From the NCBI RefSeq assembly GCF_001194135.2, contig NC_068988.1, forward strand, positions 4,464,541 through 4,510,477: 45,937 nucleotides of DNA. The letters run 5' to 3'. The stretch's first letter is position 1; each line of letters opens with the position of its first letter. This document shows, in pieces, positions 37,301 to 45,937 of the stretch. This DNA comes from Octopus bimaculoides. Taxonomy: Eukaryota. Below the pieces are notes generated by a model, which ran no database searches, had not been told where the DNA came from, and was given only the letters and a program-made list of their open reading frames with translations. Made by a program: the position numbers and the translations under genes.

Positions 37301-38159
37301 TACTCCTTTATATATTTAATATCTCTAACTTACTTACCCTATACATTAGGTCTCATTTCTTACTATATACTATCTTTACCCACCAGTATTCGACTGGAAT
37401 GAGTTTAATATCAGTTTAATTGCATACTATAAGTATCTATTTATAGTATAAATATTTCCGTTATACATTCATCATATAATATTTTACCAGGTTATTCTAT
37501 ACACTACATTTATGAAAAGTCTGAATATTTCTCTTATATCTTAAAGCTTTTATATCTTAAACTTCTCGCCTTCATCTACGTATTTAATTTAACATTATAA
37601 ATATGCTAAGTTGCAATGTGCTCTTTCCTTTATTCTCTCTACTTATCTTACACACCTAATTTCTAATACTTATTCCTTTAGCTTTTCTTTACTTTCCCCT
37701 TTAAGATGGCAATCAAAATAAATATCATTGACTCTTTCTATCCTTCTTCCTTCCAACTATCACCCCTCCCCCATCAGGCATTCCCCTTCTTTTAGAGAGT
37801 TAGTCTATTCTTAACTACAATAGCGACAACATGAATTTCTTCCATCTTCTTGTTCTGTTAAAATATTTGAGAAAAATTATATTAATGTGTCCTACTTGTT
37901 AAATTCTATTTATTTATTTGTGCAGCTGAAAATGGCACTGCATTTAAACTGATGAAACGATTGTATTGTTCAATTAAATGGAGCCGCTTGAAACGGTCGC
38001 ACAGCGTCACCACTTGATATCCTGTTGCTTATTATGATCTTTTTCACCTTACTTCGAACTGTGCGGATAATCCCGGATTGACTCGGTGCGTCGACTTAAG
38101 TACCTAATTCAATTATAATATATATATGTGTGCGTGCGTGTGTGTGTGTGTGTGTATAC

Positions 38160-38680
38160 CATCACCGTCATCATCATCGTTTAACGTTCGCTTTCCATGC
38201 TTGCATGGGTTGGACGGTTTGACTGAAGAACTGGCAAGTCAGAAGGCTGGACCAGGCTCGAATCTGATCTGCCAAAGTTTAGCTGGATGCCCTTCCTGAA
38301 GCCGACCACTCCGAGAGTGTAGTGGGTGCTCTTTACGTACCGCATGCACGAGGGCCAGTCAGGCGGTACTGGCAGCGACCACGATCAAATGGTGTTTTTT
38401 ACGTGCCACCGGCATGGGACCAGTCAGGCGGCACTAGCATTGACCACGCTCGAATGGTGCTTTTTACGTGCCACCGGCACGGGAAGGAGTCGGGCGGTTT
38501 TTCAAGCACAGTTCATTGCCTAATGATTGAAGGGTACTCTTAAATAGGCCGATTATGCTACGTTATGCTACGTGAGGTCCAACGTTCGAAGGTCGTGCTT
38601 TACCAGGTCTTCCTGGATCTACCTCTTCCACAGGTTCCCTCTACTGCTAGGGTGTCACACTTTTTCACGTAGGTGTCCTA
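38160..38680 (-). mobile_element. RTE-type LINE 3' end (ORF C-terminus, 3' UTR and (ATG)n tail), 5'-truncated
   Basis: Minus strand DTYVKKCDTLAVEGTCGRGRSRKTW* then VKHDLRTLDL (RTE C-terminal RGRP.K.W). The UTR contains ggcttcaggaagggcatccagc and ends in gatgatgatgac repeats at 38160-38178. Confidence 0.8.
38332..38498. repeat. ~65-bp tandem subrepeat (about 2.5 units) inside the RTE 3' UTR
   Basis: tttacgt(a/g)cc...ccagtcaggcgg(t/c)act(g/a)gca..gaccacg.tc.aatggtg.tt starts at about 38332, 38398 and 38463. Confidence 0.8.
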
Positions 38681-38757
38681 ATCCATATATACAAATACAC
38701 ACACACACACACACACACACACATATCTACGTGTGTGCGCGCGTGTGTATGTGTGTG

Positions 38758-38797
<40 letters not shown>

Positions 38798-39751
38798 TAT
38801 ATACATATACACACACATATATACATATACACGTGTGTGTGTGTGTGTGTGTGTGTATGCATTGTTTATTCAGGTTCGGCCAGTGGCTTACTATCCGAGA
38901 GTTTCCACAGCGTGTTGCCCTCGCTTTTTCAAACAAATCAAAATGGGAAGAGAGACACGCCTCGCCACTTTTATGGCGGTAATAGTGCGAAACAAAACTA
39001 GGGCAGATGTGAATTGCTAAACAAATATGTACATGCAACATTTTGTTTGATTTGCAGCGCAGTGTGTAGATGGAGTGACGGGAAGAGATCGAATGGTGGG
39101 GGGGGGGGAGAAGAGAAAAGAGAGTTAGGTAGAATGTAGAAGGAAAAAAGGTAGTCGGGAAGAATAAAAAGGCTGGAAGAAAAAAGACGAGAGTAAAATA
39201 TAGAATGGGGGTGAGGCTGCGCATGTGTACGGTGATGCACACACACATGCACGTGCACGTGCAAACGTGCACATTCACATCTACTCTCACACACTTTCAA
39301 ATATAGGAGCATTAACGTACATACAGCACACACAAATATATCTTTATTCGCACATGCGTACGAACATGTATGTACGTACATATATGCGACCACAAGGGAA
39401 ACTGGAAGCCCCCGTCTCTACGTGCCTAAACACACACACACGCACACACAAAATACACACACACATACACAATGCACACACGCATGCATACGCATACACA
39501 AACACAGATACACAAACAAATACGCGCGCGCGCACACACACACACTGGGGCTCTATTTAATATTTTATCGGGGTTCTCATTGATCTCACATACACACACG
39601 TATTGTGCAACTGTAGGGAATCCATTCCGAATTCATGCAATGAATTAAAAAAACCGAAATATTCTCAATGCATGCCGTTACATTGGCAAAATGACAATAT
39701 CCGTTTCAATACATGGTTTCACATGAACAATCTTGGAAAGCAAATCCAATT

Positions 39752-39766
39752 TTCTATCTATCTATC

Positions 39767-39819
<53 letters not shown>

Positions 39820-39836
39820 GTCTGTCTGTCTGTCGG

Positions 39837-39866
<30 letters not shown>
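39752..39866. repeat. (ATCT)n/(GTCT)n microsatellite
   Basis: Direct reading. Confidence 0.96.
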
Positions 39867-39867
<1 letters not shown>

Positions 39868-39946
39868 GCCTGCCTATCTAAATATCTATCCACTTATCTA
39901 TTTATCCATTTGTGTATCTCTTTATCTAACGATCTCTCTCGATCTC

Positions 39947-39981
<35 letters not shown>

Positions 39982-40389
39982 TGGAATGTTTGTGTGAAAC
40001 AATATGTGCCTAAACGTACTCTAAACCTGTATAGAATACAGGTCCAAATTGCAATTTCATTCTCTCATTCAGCTGCAGTGGACTGGCCAAGTCTGATTCC
40101 CTTCAATCTGACTGACTTGTCTGGTCACTGGTTGGACGAATCTCTGTCTGTAGCTTAAATAAATCGTCATATACAACATGGGTTGGACTTAACCATTTCT
40201 TTTTGATAATGGTCAACTTGGCAGTCTAGTTTCAAAATGGATAGTGAGCACAGTATTGATACCTGGGTATGTTGAGATTTCAACCTTACACGTAAGTTAA
40301 TGAACGGAAATGGAATCAATGAAAACAGGCAGAACAGGTGAAAGAACGCGAAGAAGAATTCCTGGAAGACCAAGCTCCAGTAAAGAGGC

Positions 40390-41356
40390 AAAATAATAAT
40401 TTGGATGAAATCAACATAAGTCCTAAACAATCAGCTAAAAATCTGAAGCGGACACTCACTGATGGCTCTGAAAGTCAACACAAAGCTAATTGGAAGAGTT
40501 ACTATGGTTCTCCGATGGTACTTTTGAACTTTCACTGTAATAATTCCCAGAGTCTTGATTAAACTAGTTCAATACCTTTCTGAAAAATATGTGATTTCTG
40601 GCTTCACATTCAGCAATTCAACCTTACATCCAGTATGCAAATCCATTTGGACGGTTGCTTACGATGATAAAGAATCGGCAATGCTGCTATTCCATATGGG
40701 AAATGGACTTCTTGAAAGATTCCTATCTCCAAATTCAATTGTCTCTTAGTAAATCGATGAAAGGCAAGAAGAACTGACTCACGGAATCGTTCGAGACATT
40801 GATCCCCGACTGTCTGAAAAATAAATGGCTCTGCATGTGAGTAAATAGAACGAAAAGCATTATTGTTAACCAAATCATCTACAAACGGTTAGAAATGCTT
40901 CCTGAGGGAAAAAAGATGCTGCCAGCTAATAGAGGCAGACATTCCCCGGAGCCTGTTGTAGATTATCCAACCGAATATCAGAACAGCCTTGAATCACCCG
41001 TAATCACTCCACGCGGTTGCTTGGATTATTGGTGACGTTCACTTTAATTTAGACGTTCCAAACCTTTTCCATGGAAGAAGATTATGCAAAAAATATGATG
41101 CTTATGTCTTAGAGATCAGAATCATGCCAGGAAAGTTTTCTAAACACATTCATTTTATTCCCAGAGTACACTTCCAGCTGACTGAATAGCCATTTTGAAT
41201 TTTAAAGTTTCACTTTCCTTTCAGATTGAGTTTTACCATGATCGTCGATTCATCGATATATTTTACAAACAATCATCCACAATTGTTGTAATGGGCATGG
41301 TGAATCATGTCTTTTCATTTGAGTAGATTTATATTAGTAGTCCAAGAATAGAAAAA
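40390..41356 (+). mobile_element. Helitron Rep/Hel PIF1-type helicase, decayed C-terminal half
   Basis: Colinear broken motifs: IIIW/DE..SPKQSAKNLKRTL (~IIWDE...ALDRTL), GRVTMVLRWYF*TFTVIIPR (~GG.TMVL.GDFRQ.LPVIPR), WLHIQQFNLTSSMQIHL (~W..V..L.LT.NMR), RIGN, VDYPTEYQNSLESP (~YPTEFLNSL.PP), NLDVPNLFHGRRL (~NLD.P.LCNGTRL), FIPRV, FHFPFRLSFTMI (~QFP.RL.FAMTINK) and HVFSFE*IYISSPRI (~FSHGQLYVA.SRV). Confidence 0.85.
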
Positions 41357-41614
41357 CAGTTGGCCTCTTCAACACAGCATCACTGGAACAAAACAAACAA
41401 GGATATGCTTTATCTTGAGTCTTTAGAACGAACAAATGAACAAGATAATTTATATGGTAATTCACCTGAGGGAAAATATATAGAGAATTTTATTTATTAC
41501 TCAAAATATTTGCAATGTTTTCCAAACTCCGTACACTACTGTATGCTAATTGGCTGATAAAATATCCTGTCATCGTCTGGCGTTTCTGATTACATATCTT
41601 GATATATGTAAGAG

Positions 41615-41616
<2 letters not shown>

Positions 41617-41672
<56 letters not shown>
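41617..41672. repeat. (ATCT)n microsatellite
   Basis: Direct reading. Confidence 0.96.
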
Positions 41673-41674
<2 letters not shown>

Positions 41675-41726
41675 CCTCTGTATTCCCCCCCTCTCTCTCT
41701 CTTTTACATTCTTTTTACATTCGATA

Positions 41727-41763
<37 letters not shown>

Positions 41764-42059
41764 ATAATTAAGGGATCAGCGAAAGTTGCTTCACTACATA
41801 CCGAAATTTAGAAATAGCAGTTAAAATACTAATTCTTCTACCACAATATGTCTCCACAGATAGCAATACTCGTAACTTACATAGGCAAAAAAGAAGAAAG
41901 AATAACGAAACCAACCAGCCTTAGTTAATCATGTAAGCGTTTCGGGATTAGAATGGTATAAAATTCATTCCCTCTTCAGCATGATATTCTAGATTATAAA
42001 TTTTAAAATGCTGACAAAAACTGTGCATGCTCGATCAGGCGACATCGAACATCACATAA

Positions 42060-42760
42060 TAGAAACAGCATTTCCAAATTTATATTCACGAGTAAGTCCG
42101 TATCCATCCTCAAAATTCACCATGTACCTCACAAGCAGCAGTACCGCATGTGTGTGGTATACCAAATACGATGCTCCACATGCGACAACCACTACATCGG
42201 TAGCTCAACACAACTACTCCTCATATGGATTAAGGAGCATCTCACCACCAACGCGTCCTCCTTCCGTAAACAGATGTGGTAACACCACTAAGGAGGTAGA
42301 CGCCTCCATACTAGCCTCTTTGAATAATACCGGCAATTTACTTATTAAAGAGGTTCTGCTGATCCACCGCTTCAACCCGAAAATTAAAAATCGATCTGAG
42401 TCTAGCTGGTGGTTCCTATGACAGTATCCAACAAATGTGGTCTACAACAACATCGGAGATTTGTTTACACCAACACTCAGACAGCCGGCAGCATTTAAGG
42501 GCTGACTGCTACTACTACTACTACTACTGGTGTAATCACCGTCATACTATAAATGGTGAGTAGCTTATAGCAACAACTGGGTGTTTGTTGTTTGCTTACA
42601 CTAATGCGTGGGACGTCGATTACACCTACGTTTGGAGAGCAACTGCTGCTGTTACCTAAATGCTGTAAAGTTAGAATGGATTGACGGATCCAACATAACT
42701 AGACTTTTCTTAGACTGTTCTCTTCTGAAGATGGGCTTTGAGCCCAAAATATAAAGGTTT
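42060..42760 (+). mobile_element. Penelope-like element 3' part: frameshifted GIY-YIG endonuclease plus terminal region with a hammerhead motif
   Basis: Frame at 42148-42243 reads MCVVYQIRCSTCDNHYIGSSTQLLLIWIKEHL (VVY.I.C..C...YIG....L..RIKEH). ORF 42008-42421 ends LLIKEVLLIHRFNPKIKN (E...I....P..N). A hammerhead-like motif lies ~300 bp downstream. Confidence 0.85.
42721..42757 (+). ncRNA. Minimal type-I hammerhead ribozyme with a probable inactivating G12A change
   Basis: Stem I UCUU/AAGG, CUGAAGA (42725-31), extra U, stem II GGGC-uuuga-GCCC, AAA in place of GAA (42746-48), palindromic stem III AUAU, then A17. Confidence 0.6.
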
Positions 42761-42853
42761 CATTAAACTTTACGCAGTGTCAGAAGCTGTCTATTTACTC
42801 TTTTTTTTATGTTTCTCGAGATTGCAATACTTCAGGCAAACTACAACGCTCTT

Positions 42854-42854
<1 letters not shown>

Positions 42855-42931
<77 letters not shown>
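42855..42931. repeat. (AC)n microsatellite
   Basis: Direct reading. Confidence 0.98.
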
Positions 42932-42936
<5 letters not shown>

Positions 42937-42974
42937 CAGATAGAGAAAGAAAGAAGTGGGGAGAGATAGATATA

Positions 42975-43020
42975 TAGACAGATAGATAGATAAATAAATA
43001 GATAGATAGATAGATAGATG

Positions 43021-43072
<52 letters not shown>
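42975..43072. repeat. (ATAG)n microsatellite
   Basis: Direct reading. Confidence 0.96.
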
Positions 43073-43239
43073 TGCCTATATATGTGTGTGGTTATGTGTG
43101 TATGTGTCTGCGTGTGTGCGTTGGTGTATACGTATATATTTATGAGTATCCATGGTATATTTTATTATGTCATATATTATACAAAGCGTATTCCCTGGCA
43201 TATCAGACACGCTCCCACATAACATGCATCCTATATTAC

Positions 43240-43470
43240 AATGTTTTGTTGTCATCCCCACATTGCAAATAGCTTCCAGGTGGATGAAAGTTTGTTAATA
43301 TTCCTTTCATCATTCTAGGAGAAATTTTCATTCAGATAATTAAAAAGCATTTTTCTTAAAAGTAACAACGTCATTAAATATTGTAAGACTTTATCAGGTG
43401 TGAATAATGTAGGAGAAGGTAGGAGGATGAAATGATGTGGCCTTCTCATGTAACATCTGTCGTGTCTTAA
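43240..43470 (-). mobile_element. Old mariner transposase C-terminal trace, tentative
   Basis: Minus strand FHPP/PSPTLFTPD (~HPPYSPDLAPSD) followed at the expected distance by ERNINKLSSTWK (~ERGI.KL..RW). Confidence 0.35.
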
Positions 43471-43691
43471 GCAATTTTTTAATAAGTTTATGCTAACAGC
43501 TATGAGAATTTGGCTTGCTTTCAATACATATTATTAAGAACAATTATTTTGCCAAGCGGACATATGCTAATCCAGCTCCCGAGCTACGACACTCGCTTTC
43601 TTGTCTGTAATGCTTCTACATTAGAAGTAGCGCAATTTGTTGGTATATTTAAAAATAAAAGAAACGACTTACACACAGGCAAACCTTGTAT

Positions 43692-43747
<56 letters not shown>

Positions 43748-43784
43748 AATCATACACACACAAGAGATTAAACTCTCGGGATGG

Positions 43785-44580
43785 GTACATATGTTGATGG
43801 CAGTCACAAGGTTCCTTGAGTTGAGCTTTGATTTCAAGAGAAGTTTGAGGCCCTTGAAATATGCAGCGATGACCTTCTTTTTCATTTCTCTGCGCAAGAT
43901 ATTGTCCAGCTCCAGGATTTCAAGGTACTTGTACCCATCATCATCCGGGTCTTCCATTCTCTCTCCGTGTGGCAATTCTATGCCCTTGCACTCTACTCTT
44001 TTTCCCCGCTTCAAAGTAAGCACGGCACACTTCGAGATACCGAATTCTATCCCTATACCATTGCTGCATATTTGCACAGTCTCAACCAACCTCTCCATTC
44101 CAGACTCTGCTCTTGCGAACAGTTTTAAATCATCCATAAAGAGAAGTGGGGTGGTTGAGACGAAGTCCGATCTTTCTCATCTCATAGTGCACGTTGATTT
44201 TACGTAGTACTACAGAAAGTGAGATCAAGACTATAACAAATAAAAGAGGTGATGAAGAGTCTCCTTGGAAGATACCTCTTTTGATTGTTACCTCGGCTGA
44301 GTGCTGGTTGTTACAGGAAAGACGCGTTTTCCAACTAGGCTTGCTGTTCTTAATCAGTTCACACACGTTCTCAGCTATTCCATACACGTCCAGTGTTTCC
44401 AAAATTCCACGAATGCGGCAACAAGTGGTAAGCCTTTTTGAAGTCTATCCAGGCCATGCATAAGTTTTTTGGGTACCGTTTAGTTCTTCATTATAACCTT
44501 GTCTATCACAAGGTGGTCCTTGGTGCCCTTGGGTCCTTTCTCTGTCAAGTGTCTAAGGAGTCCATACTTCTGCCCCATAC
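43785..44580 (-). mobile_element. R4/Dong-type non-LTR retrotransposon reverse transcriptase fragment (frameshifted)
   Basis: KGTKDHLVIDK, NLCMAWIDFKKAYHLLPHSW, LETLDVYGIAENV...IKRGIFQGDSSSPLLFVI, (Y)MDDLKLFA...IGIEFGISKCAVL..KRGK...YKYLEILE...LKSKLNSRNLVTAIN. This is the typical R4/Dong RT and thumb. Confidence 0.9.
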
Positions 44581-44736
44581 AAAAGTGCATAAAATTTGTA
44601 TTCACTTAATTTAGTTTTCAGTTTAACAACGTGTTCATACACAAACGATGGAAAAGTTTTCCAAAAGTATTTCTAGCCTTAGCTGTTCTAACATTTATTT
44701 TGTCATCAAGAGCACTCTTAAAGTTTACTGATATGG

Positions 44737-45235
44737 TACACTAGACTAGAAGGGATTGCAATCCTTGAATCAAAATCAGTATACGACCTGGGCATTGACA
44801 TGAATAGTGATGCATTTTTCCTGGTGCATATTACCAAGTTGGCAATAAAATGCAGACGCCTGCCCAGATGGATCCTTCGAACTTTCAAAACTAGGATAAA
44901 GGAAACTATGATAGTGCCCAAAGTCCTCCCCTGCCGTCAAAATACAGGACCAGATAATGTAACAGTTTGGGTTTCAAAGGCCCACAACTCTTCGATATCC
45001 TCCCGGAGGAGCTGAGAGACGTACATGGTGTGGATGTAAATGAATTTAAAAGTAAACTGAATCTTCTGCTGTAAAGAATCTCAGATGAGCCAACTTGACG
45101 GCAGATGGTGGGATTGAGAGCAGCATCATCAGACTCCCTAATTCCTCAAATGCCAACTATTAAGGGACGATTAATGTGTAGCAACGCCAGGTTGGGGATG
45201 CACCAGCATAGCTACAGCCATTGAGCTGAAACAAA
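44737..45235 (+). mobile_element. CR1-clade LINE 3' portion with internal deletion and intact 3' tail
   Basis: YTRLEGIAILESKSVYDLGIDMNSDAFFLVHITKLAIKCRRLPRWILRTFKTRIKETM is fused to ...KYRTR*CNSLGFKGPQLFDILPEELRDVHGVDVNEFKSKLNLLL*RISDEPT...RAASSDSLIPQ. The tail is gatgcaccagcatagctacagccattgagctgaaaca. Confidence 0.85.
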
Positions 45236-45292
45236 TTATATATATATATATATACACATACACACATATTTATACACGCACATACATATATA

Positions 45293-45360
45293 CATGCATA
45301 CATACATGCATACATACATACATACATACATACATACATACATACATACATACATACATT
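45293..45360. repeat. (ATAC)n microsatellite
   Basis: Direct reading. Confidence 0.96.
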
Positions 45361-45937
45361 AACAGTGTGTTTCGAGATATCTTTGTTACATTGTGTAATA
45401 CGCAACTAACATAAAAAGAAAACTGTAGCTATACTACACCGAAAACACATTAAGTCATAAAATAACATTGTTCTTTTTGATTTTTTTGCTCATGTGGTGT
45501 CGTATGCTCTTTCCAATTGGTCACATGATATAGTGTGACGTCACACGTTTCTCACTTTTACAATCCTCCCTACCCCCTTACATATTTTGATTTGATTCAT
45601 GCTCCTTCCACCCAACTCAAACAAACATTTCTATATATTTCACAACTTATTTTTGTTGATGTATATTGACATGCATTCATCAATGTATATTATTTAAACC
45701 AATGTTTAACACTTATGAACAACTCTGCATGTCATCGATGGAAAGAGGCAAATAGGAACATTTCCAAACCCTAGAATCTTTTGGCGTGTTTTTGTACCAG
45801 AGGTTATATGTTTGTGCCTTCTATACCAAGGAAGATTATGCTATAATTTAAAAGAAAAGCAGCACATCAATGGTAACATACGTTTATATGCCGTGTGTAT
45901 GTCTGCATGTGTGGTTGTGTATGTGTGTATATATATA

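Noticed and set aside
37918-38003. tgtgc...GAAACGGUC-gcaca hammerhead-like arrangement
   Set aside because: The core reads CAGCUGA or has an offset stem I, and stem II is long and weak; it does not fit the consensus.
38332-38498. Repeat-spacer-like pattern suggesting CRISPR
   Set aside because: The units are tandem with no unique spacers, the context is eukaryotic, and there are no cas genes. This is an RTE UTR subrepeat.
1-44580. Idea that the three R4/Dong-like pieces (1-276, 24885-25330, 43785-44580) are one fragmented element
   Set aside because: Their order and orientation are incompatible with a single copy; independent insertions are more likely.
206-45405. Many ORFs with poly-I, poly-V, poly-S, poly-C, poly-T, (YI)n, (CV)n, (HT)n and (IYLS)n tracts
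   Set aside because: These are translations of ATT, ACT, AGT, GTT, AT, GT/AC and ATCT microsatellites and show no coding signature.

Overview
AT-rich, microsatellite-dense eukaryotic genomic DNA with three assembly gaps. From recall, the repeat families look like those of a coleoid cephalopod, probably Octopus; this is not verified by search. I found no credible intact host gene, rRNA, tRNA or CRISPR array. Almost all listed ORFs are microsatellite or N-gap artefacts. The window is a graveyard of mobile elements: R4/Dong-type RLE non-LTR fragments (N-terminal region, RT, endonuclease), RTE and CR1/Jockey-group LINE remnants, a frameshifted mariner transposase, a Tc1-like trace, a decayed Helitron PIF1-type helicase, a Penelope-like GIY-YIG endonuclease remnant, and several tRNA-type SINE families. 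The most notable signals are minimal type-I hammerhead ribozyme motifs in Penelope-like terminal sequences. The one at 1979-2021 has an intact catalytic core and is followed by a chain of five consecutive hairpins, inside a ~660-bp non-coding element flanked by (AT)n. Other points of interest are a SINE 3' tail shared with a CR1 LINE in the same window, a pair of decayed C2H2 fingers at an RTE-like 3' end, and an inverted SINE pair that could form dsRNA. All protein assignments come from manual translation and motif recall, not database searches.
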